Positions 9,244 through 17,800 of a stretch of 64,000 bases of DNA are shown here, one piece after another. Under the pieces are notes generated by a model, which saw nothing but the letters and a program-made list of their open reading frames with translations, had not been told where the DNA came from and made no database searches. How positions within the stretch are numbered: the stretch's first letter is position 1; each line of letters begins with the position of its first letter. The position numbers and the translations under genes are program-made. Origin of the DNA: a virus; IMG/VR virus record IMGVR_UViG_3300045988_107814, positions 64,001 to 128,000 of that record. One strand, given 5' to 3'.

Positions 9244-11856
9244 ATGAGTCTAACGTATAAAGACATTATTGTGCGTCAGAGAAATCTTTTATCTGAAGTA
9301 TATACTTGTGATACTAATGTATTGCAATTATATAATTCAATAAAAGAGAATTATTCTTTTGCCAAGGCTAAGTTATTTTTAGAGCATTGGTATGGGCTTA
9401 GAGTAGAGGATGTTGCTATCAATAAAGTATTAGAAGTATTTACTATTATTGCTGACAATGATAATGAATCTAATATTAAAAATGCTGCTAATATTATTGA
9501 AAGTAATATTATTCCAAAACTTCGTAATGCTAAACAAACAAATATGCTTAACCATTATAAACGTGGTTGGATTAAGCATAAACACACATCTATGCTTAAT
9601 GATACTAAAGATAATGAAACAGCAGTATCTAGAGCAAAAGCAAATAAAGGATATTTAGGAAATTCATTACATCCAAATAGAAAATATAAGAGAGATATAT
9701 ATGGTAGAAAAATGGGTGAAGTAAAGAAAGCCAACTCTCAAGAAAATGGTAGTGAAGAAGGACAACAAGACAACCAAAAAGTAACAGAAGAATGTTTTAA
9801 TAGATTTATTGCTAAAGCATTTGTCAATGAACAATGCGATAGAGTTTTGACAAATCATAGTAAATTAACAAGACGATTTAATCTAGATAGTATTATAAGA
9901 AAATGTCCTCTAGATCAAGCATCATTACAAGAGTGTGTATATAATATATGTAATCTTATAGATACTTATGATGCTCCTATTGGAGTAAAGTATGATATCG
10001 CTCTTGAAAATATCATGTATTTAATGAATAAAAACTGTGTTCCTGTGAGCAATACATTCATTATCGAAACAGTTACAGATTATTTTTTAATGTCTGAAAA
10101 TGAAAATCTTACTAATACAGCAAAGATTCATGATATGGTATATATTATTGAAAATTCTAAATTCTTTACAGAAGATGAATTAAAATGTGTATCTTATTTA
10201 TATGAAGATGAACAAGCTATTATCGAAGCTGTAGAGAATGAAGAAGATATAGATCGAGAACCATTAGAAGAAAATAAAGTACATGATATGTTTATGAAAT
10301 ATAAGAAAAAGAAAATAATTACATTAAAAAAGAAACAAAAGGTAGAATCTCTTAAAATTAAAAAAGAGATTCATGACTTTAAAAAACAACACAATAAATC
10401 TATCGAAAAATTTAAAGTTTCGATATCTAGAATTTTTGTTAATAGTCCAGAAGGTATTATTAATGAACTTCCAGATATATTTGCATTTGTTAGATTAGGA
10501 ATTGTTGTTGGTGGTTTTGCTATTAATCCTATTCTTGGTGTAATTACATTAGTAACTGGATTCTTTTTAAAAATGAAAGTATCTAGAGATAGAATGGAAA
10601 AAGTATGTGCTCAGTATGAAAAAGAACGTGATCATTATAAAAAGAAAATGAATGAAGCAACTGACGAAAAGAAGAAAAAGAAATATGAAGAACTGTATAA
10701 ACAGTATAAAAGTGATCTAAATAAATTAGAAATGTATAGAGATGAACTATATACAGAAAAAGAAAATGATAAGAGAATGGAAGAAAAATACGCTAAAGAA
10801 GCTGAAAATAATAATGATGATTTCGACTTTGATTTTGATATGGATTTTAATTTTGATGAACAGACTGCAATAGAATATACAGAAAGATTAGCTACATTGT
10901 ATGAGCAATTATCTTATGCTAAAGGAAATCTAATGAAAGCAGTATCTAGTAATATAAGTAATATGGATAGTAATGATATATATGGTATATCAGAAGCTAT
11001 TAAATTATGTAATGATATTGTGGATTGTCCAAGATATGTATCTATCCTAGAAGATGATTTATCAAGAACAAGAGCAAATAAATCTATATCATATATTTCA
11101 TCATTACAGAAGATTGATGCTATTAAAACATGTATATCAGATATAGATAAGATCAAATATAATGGTTTATTAGAAAATGCTTATGTAATAAACGATGACA
11201 CTGTTCAAAATGATATTATATATATTTATAAAACTCTAAAATGTAAATATGATATCATTGATGATACTATTGATTATATAACTAGTGCTATTACAGAAGC
11301 TAAAGATGAAAAATCTGGTATGTCATTTATGAGTAAAATGAAAATAGCATCTGAAAATCTTAGAAGAACAATGTTAAAAGCAAAAGATAAAGACAAACAA
11401 CTCAGTATGAAACTAGATAGCGAATTAAACAGAGTTACTAAGTCTGCTAAGAGAGCTATGATTAGTGATAGTAGAGAAAGTATTATTCGTGGTTCATTCT
11501 TACCATCTGCTTCTAAGTGTATTCATATCGCTCTAGCTTCTGGTGTTGCAGCATTATTTAGCCCAGTATTCGCAGTTATTGGTCTTATTGGATACATCGG
11601 TTGTTCTAAATCTTTAACAGAAAAAGAGCGTAATCTTATTCTAGATGATATCGATATAGAAATAAAAATGTGTGATAAATACATGAAAATTGCTGAAGAT
11701 AAGGATGATTTAGTTGCAGTTAGAGAAATAATGAAAACAAAACGAGATTTGGAAAGACAACGTGCTAGAATTCTATATAATAAAAAGTATATCTTCAAAG
11801 GAAAGAAACAATATGACATGCCTGATTTGAAAAAGAAACATGAAAATGATGATTAA
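9244..11856 (+). CDS. large coiled-coil protein with two glycine-rich hydrophobic hairpins
   Basis: 870 aa, with a TAAGGAGG RBS. Has K/E-rich heptad-like stretches. The hydrophobic Gly-rich segments are IFAFVRLGIVVGGFAINPILGVITLVTGFFL (about 10474-10570) and CIHIALASGVAALFSPVFAVIGLIGYIGC (about 11518-11605). Confidence 0.75.
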   Translation: MSLTYKDIIVRQRNLLSEVYTCDTNVLQLYNSIKENYSFAKAKLFLEHWYGLRVEDVAINKVLEVFTIIADNDNESNIKNAANIIESNIIPKLRNAKQTNMLNHYKRGWIKHKHTSMLNDTKDNETAVSRAKANKGYLGNSLHPNRKYKRDIYGRKMGEVKKANSQENGSEEGQQDNQKVTEECFNRFIAKAFVNEQCDRVLTNHSKLTRRFNLDSIIRKCPLDQASLQECVYNICNLIDTYDAPIGVKYDIALENIMYLMNKNCVPVSNTFIIETVTDYFLMSENENLTNTAKIHDMVYIIENSKFFTEDELKCVSYLYEDEQAIIEAVENEEDIDREPLEENKVHDMFMKYKKKKIITLKKKQKVESLKIKKEIHDFKKQHNKSIEKFKVSISRIFVNSPEGIINELPDIFAFVRLGIVVGGFAINPILGVITLVTGFFLKMKVSRDRMEKVCAQYEKERDHYKKKMNEATDEKKKKKYEELYKQYKSDLNKLEMYRDELYTEKENDKRMEEKYAKEAENNNDDFDFDFDMDFNFDEQTAIEYTERLATLYEQLSYAKGNLMKAVSSNISNMDSNDIYGISEAIKLCNDIVDCPRYVSILEDDLSRTRANKSISYISSLQKIDAIKTCISDIDKIKYNGLLENAYVINDDTVQNDIIYIYKTLKCKYDIIDDTIDYITSAITEAKDEKSGMSFMSKMKIASENLRRTMLKAKDKDKQLSMKLDSELNRVTKSAKRAMISDSRESIIRGSFLPSASKCIHIALASGVAALFSPVFAVIGLIGYIGCSKSLTEKERNLILDDIDIEIKMCDKYMKIAEDKDDLVAVREIMKTKRDLERQRARILYNKKYIFKGKKQYDMPDLKKKHENDD

Positions 11857-11870
11857 TGGAGGTGAATAAT

Positions 11871-12884
11871 ATGGATTATTTGGAAGGTCTTAGAAATATA
11901 ATTCTTAATGAATTGAATATTGGTGGTCAAGAAGTACAAGAAGAAAATGATGATGATAACGGAGATCAGAATTTTATGGATGACGATGATAATCCGCCAG
12001 CAGAAGAACCTGCACCCGCTGAAGATGCTCCAGCACCAGATGAAGGAGAAGATGATACATCCGATGATGGTGATCAAAACTTCATGGATGACGATGGTGG
12101 TGGAGATGATGCACCTGTTGAAGATGCTCCTACAGACGACGGATCATCTGATGATGGAGATCAGAATTTTATGGATGATGATAGTGGTGAGGGAGATACA
12201 TCTGATACTGGAGAAGAACCTGCTAGTGATGATGGATCCGCTGAAGATGATGGCGATCAAAACTTCATGGATGACGATAGTAGTGGAGAAGGAGGAGACT
12301 CTGCTGAAGGTGGTGGAGATGATTCTGGATCTGAAGAAGCTCCTGAAGATAGTGGTGATCAACAAGAAGGAGAAGAACAGCCTGAAGGTCAAGATTATGA
12401 TATTAATAAGATTGAAGACGAATTGTTCTCTAGTTTAACACCAGAACAAATTGCTATTAAAAATCATGAATTAAAAGATCAATTCATTGAACTGTATTCT
12501 ATTATCGGTAGTACTTTAGTCAGAATCAATGATATATCTAAATCTAATGAAAATATTAATGTACTAAAATTTATTACAGAAAAATTATTAGAGCTTAGAG
12601 AAATGATTGACTTTAATATTACTACTGCATATCAGACTAGAACTTATATTGAAAATAATATTATTTATCAACAATGTATAGCAACTCTTAATGCTATAGC
12701 AGATATTATTGATAATATTCCTAAATTAGATGGTAGAGACGAAGATCAAGAAGAAGATGAAGAAGACAAGAATGGTATTTCAGTAGAAGATGACGATGAA
12801 GAAGAAGTAAAAGCACTAGACATTTCTGACACTAGTGTAAGCAATTATCAAGAAGAATCTACAGATTATAATTCTTTATTTTAA
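11871..12884 (+). CDS. highly acidic repeat protein, scaffold-like by position
   Basis: The ORF track starts at 11856 (TAATG overlap with the previous stop). The ATG at 11871 has GGAGG (11858-11862) 8 nt upstream. The N-terminal 180 aa or so are mostly D/E/G with four GDQNFMDDD repeats, the centre is helical, and the tail is acidic. It lies directly upstream of the capsid gene. Confidence 0.7.
   Translation: MDYLEGLRNIILNELNIGGQEVQEENDDDNGDQNFMDDDDNPPAEEPAPAEDAPAPDEGEDDTSDDGDQNFMDDDGGGDDAPVEDAPTDDGSSDDGDQNFMDDDSGEGDTSDTGEEPASDDGSAEDDGDQNFMDDDSSGEGGDSAEGGGDDSGSEEAPEDSGDQQEGEEQPEGQDYDINKIEDELFSSLTPEQIAIKNHELKDQFIELYSIIGSTLVRINDISKSNENINVLKFITEKLLELREMIDFNITTAYQTRTYIENNIIYQQCIATLNAIADIIDNIPKLDGRDEDQEEDEEDKNGISVEDDDEEEVKALDISDTSVSNYQEESTDYNSLF
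11961..12278 (+). repeat. four in-frame GDQNFMDDD repeats
   Basis: The units lie at 11961-11987, 12069-12095, 12156-12182 and 12252-12278. Units 1 and 3 use gatcagaatttt and units 2 and 4 use gatcaaaacttc, so a two-unit block was duplicated. Confidence 0.9.
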
Positions 12885-12904
12885 ATTTATTAATGGAATA
12901 TCAT

Positions 12905-12917
12905 AACAATATAATAA
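12905..12917 (+). promoter_or_regulatory. candidate phage promoter, AACA-N3-TAWTAA class
   Basis: AACAATATAATAA lies in the scaffold-capsid intergenic region, 108 nt before the capsid ATG. Confidence 0.3.
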
Positions 12918-12936
12918 AAATAGTGGAAAGGATATT

Positions 12937-13002
12937 ATGTTGCTTACACTATTAATTTTAATAACAGTAATATTATCATCTCTAAACATTTATAAATTTT
13001 AA
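12937..13002 (+). CDS. possible 21-aa hydrophobic micro-ORF (MLLTLLILITVILSSLNIYKF)
   Basis: ATG preceded by GGAAAGGA at 6 nt spacing. It encodes a single hydrophobic helix between the scaffold-like gene and the capsid gene. Too short to support on its own. Confidence 0.2.
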   Translation: MLLTLLILITVILSSLNIYKF

Positions 13003-13025
13003 TTCCAAAAAGGAGGATACTAATT

Positions 13026-15104
13026 ATGCCAGTAATCGGTGAAGTAGCAAGCCGTAAGCCTGGTTCGTCTGGTTATTCCCATGACCCAATGGCTGGTTTT
13101 GCTAAAGAATTTTTAAATTTGTCTAATTCTATTCTAGAAGAGGCTAGACTAGATTTATATGAAGATACATCTAAGGTTTTAAGAACTAATGTTACAGATG
13201 AAACTATGAAGTCTTTCTTCATGGAAAATTCTGCTGACCCCGCAGGTATGACTACTGAGGAATATGAAGACCATATGGCTATGATGGAACAGGCTTATGA
13301 AAATGATAAGGAAGCCGTTCTTGAACATTGTGGTATGGGTCAATATAACCCAGTTGTAGGTATGACATTCCCGATTCATAAGAATATTATGCTTAACAAT
13401 ATCTTTGATAAGGGTGCTATTCCTAAGTTTGTAGCAACTTCTCCTAAGTTCACAGTTTCTATGGAAACAAGATGGTTGATTGATCCTGAAACTGGTGAGA
13501 AGATCGATATGTGGAAAGAACAATACAAGATGACTGATGCTATTGATAAGGCAGCACCAATGAAGTCTATGTATCTTCCACTCCCAGAAGCTGAGAATAC
13601 TAACATCCTGACAACTCTATTTGGTGTTCCTGAGGATCAGAATAATAACCTTTCTATTGAATCTTATATTTCTGGTCTAGTTGGTAGCCGTGTTGTATAT
13701 CCAGGTCAGACTGTAAATGCTTCTGTTGAAATTACAGATACCACTGATAATACTAAGACTTATCGTATTATTAAGTATACTAATACTACAACTGCCGCTG
13801 TTCTATTAGGTTCTGAATTAGCTGCTACTCCTGTTACAAAGCCTACTGACTTTGATAGTCAGCGTGATAAGCAGTTAGTTGATGAAAAAGGTCAGCCTAT
13901 TGTTGATGGTACTAAAGTAACTGCTAAGGTTGCTGGTGCTGTATTTGATTGGAGAGGTTCGTTTGTTCCAGCTTATGGCGGTTATGATCGTCAGATTTGT
14001 GAACAGTTTGCACTTCCTATGCCTTCTAAGGTAGAACCTGGTACTCTTCCTGGTACTACTAAGCTTACAGTTACTCTTGCAGATGGCACTACTGTTACAA
14101 TCGATAATACCACTAGTGAAGATTCTATTCCTGGTAATTACAGAACTGTAGGTTTTGTATCTGGTTTCTCTAAGGATAATCGTTTTGGTATTACATCTTC
14201 TAACGCTAATGTAGCAGGTGTAATTCTTACTTCCAGAATTGATACTTCTTCTGCTATGCTTAAGACAGCTTCTGTTTCTTGGAGTGTTCGTACTGATATT
14301 ATCGAAATTCCTAACCGAGTTCCGATTAATGTAACTATCAGCCCTGAAGAAGTTAAGGATATCGCAGCTCTGTATCAGATTAACCAGCTTACTAAGGTTA
14401 TGTCTCTGATGAAGATTTCTCTTGGTAACTATAAGGATGATCATATCAGACGTGAACTTGATGAAAGTTTCTTAACTATGCCTGATGATTCTAAGATTGC
14501 TCGTCAGTTTGACTTTGCTCCAACACAGTCTTATGCACTAGATCCAATCGAGTGGCGTCATAAGACATTTATGGATAGCTTAGATACTCATGCTACTCAG
14601 CTTCTCCATGTATTGAATGATCCTAACGTTACATTCAATATTATTGGTCGTGATGATCTTATCCGTAAGATTACTCCTACAGATTACACATATCAGTCTC
14701 CTTCTAGCATTGGTCCTGTTCAGCTAGACTTTGTAAAGACTGTTGTTACATCTGATAAGAGAACATATCAGTTCATTAGCTCTGACAAGCTTCGTGATTC
14801 TAACAACTTAATGATTATTGTTTGCCCAAGAAACTCTGAGAGATTCATTTATCGTATTTATGATTATCAGATGTACTTAAGCAACGAAATCAGAAATATT
14901 ACTAACCCTGCACTTCCAGCTGTTCATGCGTTCGAGCGTTGGGTAATGAAGGATTACCAGCCAGTTCAGGGACGTATTCGTATCCTCAATCCTACTGGTT
15001 TACGTAACTACGGTACTGATTATGCATTCAGCAATGATCCTACTGGTCGTGGTGACGGTATGAAGAGCATTGGTAAGAATGATTTCAACATTGATGCTAT
15101 CTAA
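13026..15104 (+). CDS. major capsid protein (HK97-fold type, large)
   Basis: 692 aa, with an AAAGGAGG RBS. Codon usage is noticeably GC-richer and biased (cgt, ggt, ctt), and it has its own strong terminator. The acidic gene precedes it. The segment ISPEEVKDIAALYQINQLTKVMSLMKISLGNYKDDHIRRELDE resembles the conserved S-x-E-x-x-x-D-(x)n-E-I-D-R-E-L region of T4-type capsid proteins. Confidence 0.65.
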   Translation: MPVIGEVASRKPGSSGYSHDPMAGFAKEFLNLSNSILEEARLDLYEDTSKVLRTNVTDETMKSFFMENSADPAGMTTEEYEDHMAMMEQAYENDKEAVLEHCGMGQYNPVVGMTFPIHKNIMLNNIFDKGAIPKFVATSPKFTVSMETRWLIDPETGEKIDMWKEQYKMTDAIDKAAPMKSMYLPLPEAENTNILTTLFGVPEDQNNNLSIESYISGLVGSRVVYPGQTVNASVEITDTTDNTKTYRIIKYTNTTTAAVLLGSELAATPVTKPTDFDSQRDKQLVDEKGQPIVDGTKVTAKVAGAVFDWRGSFVPAYGGYDRQICEQFALPMPSKVEPGTLPGTTKLTVTLADGTTVTIDNTTSEDSIPGNYRTVGFVSGFSKDNRFGITSSNANVAGVILTSRIDTSSAMLKTASVSWSVRTDIIEIPNRVPINVTISPEEVKDIAALYQINQLTKVMSLMKISLGNYKDDHIRRELDESFLTMPDDSKIARQFDFAPTQSYALDPIEWRHKTFMDSLDTHATQLLHVLNDPNVTFNIIGRDDLIRKITPTDYTYQSPSSIGPVQLDFVKTVVTSDKRTYQFISSDKLRDSNNLMIIVCPRNSERFIYRIYDYQMYLSNEIRNITNPALPAVHAFERWVMKDYQPVQGRIRILNPTGLRNYGTDYAFSNDPTGRGDGMKSIGKNDFNIDAI

Positions 15105-15133
15105 GTAATTATTTCATATTAATTCAGTCTTTC

Positions 15134-15171
15134 ATCGCCTAGTGTCTTGGTTAGGCACTAGGCGATTTTTA
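15134..15171 (+). terminator. rho-independent terminator after the capsid gene
   Basis: An 11-bp stem, atcgcctagtg / cactaggcgat, followed by TTTTT. Confidence 0.85.
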
Positions 15172-15193
15172 TATTGAAAGGAGGATATCAAAT

Positions 15194-16402
15194 ATGATTA
15201 GACAGATCAGATATGATTTTGATGATCTAGAAATGGCTTGTGCTGAGATCATCGATTCTGATGGTAAAAGAGGTCTAACCAATCTAAAAAAAGAATTAAA
15301 TAGATTCTTTAAAGATTCTAATTGTAAGGAAATTCTGTTTACTAAATCTGATACATTATTTTTTGGTATGTGTGTATATCCTCAAGTTACTAAAGAACTT
15401 GTAGTAGAGATTTTACAAGATGATAAAAATGTAAGATTCAAGGAATATAGTATCGAAATTGATTCTAAGATTCTTAACCCTATGCTTGGTATAACTCCTA
15501 GAGAATTACTTGCTATGGTGCTGCATGAAGTAGGTCATATTGTAAATGATAATGGTCCTGTGGATGAAGTTAGAAAAGTTATTGCATTGCAACTTACCAA
15601 GAACGGTGATTCATTAAATATTCCAAAGACTGCACAATACTATACCATCATTAGTTATGGTATTAAAGATACTGTAAGAAAACTAACATCTATGTTATTT
15701 GTATATAGAGATGGTGAAGTTCTTGCAGATGAGTTCGTTCATATGTGCGGATATGGCGAAGATCTAAACTCTATATTTGATAAGATTTGTAAATCTGGTA
15801 TGAAGATTAATGATAGAACAGCAAATAAACTAACTGCATTAGCATGGGTATTAGCTGTATATAAAGAAATTAAGATTAAGAGAATCCCAGCATTAAAATT
15901 ACTAGAGAAAATGCATAGTATTTCTGGATCTCAATTAGAGAAACGAGAAATGGAAATTATGACAAATGCCATTAAAACAATTGATGATTCTAGTGTTAAT
16001 GAATGCTGTGATTATACAAATACAGAATTGTACTGTGTGTTTAATGAATCTAAAACAGAAATTAAACAGAGTAAATATGCTCAATTAAGAAAAGAATCTG
16101 CTATAAAAAATATAAGAAAGTTTGAACAAGACTTATATGAATATAAAATGCGTATTCGTCATGTAGTAGATGAAGATGATGCATATTATCTAATGCGTAT
16201 GATCAATACTCGTATTTCTGTTATTGAGGATTTTCTTGATCATGAACGTTTAACTGAACAAGAACATAAACGTTGGTGGGGATTATTAGAAAGGTATTAT
16301 TCTTTACGTGAAGAACTTGCTAATCATACTACATATAAGTATGATTATAGTGGTAGTACAATTGTTGTTAATTATCCAGATATTAAACCTGGACGTATGT
16401 AA
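15194..16402 (+). CDS. HExxH zinc-metalloprotease-like protein
   Basis: 402 aa, with a GAAAGGAGG RBS. Carries LAMVLHEVGHIV (HEVGH at 15524-15538). The family is not identified. Confidence 0.55.
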   Translation: MIRQIRYDFDDLEMACAEIIDSDGKRGLTNLKKELNRFFKDSNCKEILFTKSDTLFFGMCVYPQVTKELVVEILQDDKNVRFKEYSIEIDSKILNPMLGITPRELLAMVLHEVGHIVNDNGPVDEVRKVIALQLTKNGDSLNIPKTAQYYTIISYGIKDTVRKLTSMLFVYRDGEVLADEFVHMCGYGEDLNSIFDKICKSGMKINDRTANKLTALAWVLAVYKEIKIKRIPALKLLEKMHSISGSQLEKREMEIMTNAIKTIDDSSVNECCDYTNTELYCVFNESKTEIKQSKYAQLRKESAIKNIRKFEQDLYEYKMRIRHVVDEDDAYYLMRMINTRISVIEDFLDHERLTEQEHKRWWGLLERYYSLREELANHTTYKYDYSGSTIVVNYPDIKPGRM

Positions 16403-16447
16403 CAAAAAAAAATAACCGCATCATAAGACACGGCTATAAACAATATC

Positions 16448-16469
16448 GACACTGGAGAAATCCAGTGTC
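16448..16469. terminator. hairpin between convergent genes
   Basis: gacactgga-gaaa-tccagtgtc forms a 9-bp stem. The T-runs on both sides are interrupted. Confidence 0.55.
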
Positions 16470-16477
16470 TATTGTTT

Positions 16478-16966
16478 TTACACAACAGGATTAACACCCA
16501 TAGAACTAACTTGCTCTCTAAGCTGTTGATTCTGTGCTGCAAGTACATTATTCTGTTGCAATAAACTATTTACATCAATAAATAATCCTTGCTGTTGTAC
16601 TTTGCTAATGTCATTATCAATTAAAGACATAATTTTATCTTTAATTTGCTCTTCATTTGTAAGGTTATACGTAAGAGCAATTTGACCTAAAGCTGCGTAA
16701 ATAGGACTTTTCTTATCTGCATCTGTTTCAATATCACTTAATACAGATTTTACAATGCTAAGATCATGCATAAAGTCATTAAAACTTTCCTTTTCATACA
16801 TGAATTTATTAATAGCACAAATTGAATCTCCGTTTTTTTCATCTGTTTTCCATTCTGTAATAATATCAGATAAAATATTATCATTATTACAACGTGATAT
16901 AGCATTTGCAAACATCTCGATTCCATTTACAACGCTAGCTTTAAAGTTTGGTGTCATCATACCCAT
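16478..16966 (-). CDS. hypothetical protein
   Basis: The ORF track starts at 16987, but that start contains the RBS. The ATG at 16966 (MGMMTPNF) has GGAGG 7 nt upstream (162 aa). Confidence 0.7.
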   Translation of the reverse strand: MGMMTPNFKASVVNGIEMFANAISRCNNDNILSDIITEWKTDEKNGDSICAINKFMYEKESFNDFMHDLSIVKSVLSDIETDADKKSPIYAALGQIALTYNLTNEEQIKDKIMSLIDNDISKVQQQGLFIDVNSLLQQNNVLAAQNQQLREQVSSMGVNPVV

Positions 16967-17059
16967 TTTATTTCCTCCTAATGACAAAATATATTTGAGG
17001 ATGACAATCGAGTCATCCTCTTCTTACACCTTAATATTATATAATACAATTATTGTTTA

Positions 17060-17770
17060 CTAATCAAAAATCGACTTATTGTTTCTGCCATTAAATGTTC
17101 TTCCAGTAGATCCAGATGCTGTACTTGAATCTGTTAATTTTGGTTGATTTCTAGTGCTATTGTCTGTGCTATAATCAACTCTATTAACAGGATTATCTCT
17201 TAACATCATAAATGTTAATGCAGTGTTTGCATAATTTAACATATCTAATCTAGATAAAGAATAGTATAATCCATTAAATGTGTCTACTGATATTTGTACA
17301 GGATCTGGTGTGTTGAGATATAAGTTTAAACACATACAATCTCCACCTTCTTTTTTGAAGATACCAGGAGATATCTTTATAACCATATCTAATGGAAGTT
17401 TTAATATAAAACTTTCATCTGTTGTTATAACAAGACTATTATCAAGATATGCATAAATATGATTAGCTCCCATTTCAAACCATGTTTTCTTTGCCTTATC
17501 AAACATGTCTAAAAGTGCAAACATATTTTCTGGATAAATATAGAGCTTTATAGGTTTAATACTTTTTCTTCTATCGTCAATATAAAGGTAATAGCTCAGA
17601 TTACGTTTTATCATAGTATTACAAGATTCTGAATCGTTTAATTTAAATTCTGTACAATTGGAATAAACTCTGTCATTTGATTTGAATGAGGCTACTGTAT
17701 GAAAGAATACTTTAACATCTTCATTCAATACATATATTACATCATTCATATACATATAATCTGTTTGCAT
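17060..17770 (-). CDS. hypothetical protein
   Basis: 236 aa, with a GGAGAGGTGG RBS. Confidence 0.75.
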   Translation of the reverse strand: MQTDYMYMNDVIYVLNEDVKVFFHTVASFKSNDRVYSNCTEFKLNDSESCNTMIKRNLSYYLYIDDRRKSIKPIKLYIYPENMFALLDMFDKAKKTWFEMGANHIYAYLDNSLVITTDESFILKLPLDMVIKISPGIFKKEGGDCMCLNLYLNTPDPVQISVDTFNGLYYSLSRLDMLNYANTALTFMMLRDNPVNRVDYSTDNSTRNQPKLTDSSTASGSTGRTFNGRNNKSIFD

Positions 17771-17800
17771 ATTACCACCACCTCTCCACAGTAATAAAGA

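Noticed and set aside
11920-12438. 172-aa plus-strand ORF in an alternative frame of the acidic repeat gene.
   Set aside because: It is an artefact of the repeated GAT/GAA-rich sequence. It shows the same periodic repetition (ILWMTM...) as the true frame and has no RBS.
13875-14444. 189-aa minus-strand ORF inside the capsid gene. Similar antisense or out-of-frame ORFs lie at 13179..13606, 20000..20413, 21080..21679, 23336..23977, 31880..32393, 37394..37774, 5041..5388 and 56312..56989.
   Set aside because: All lie entirely within much longer ORFs that have SD sites and recognisable motifs. Their products are low-complexity (I/F/S/N-rich) and they lack ribosome-binding sites. They are typical shadow ORFs.
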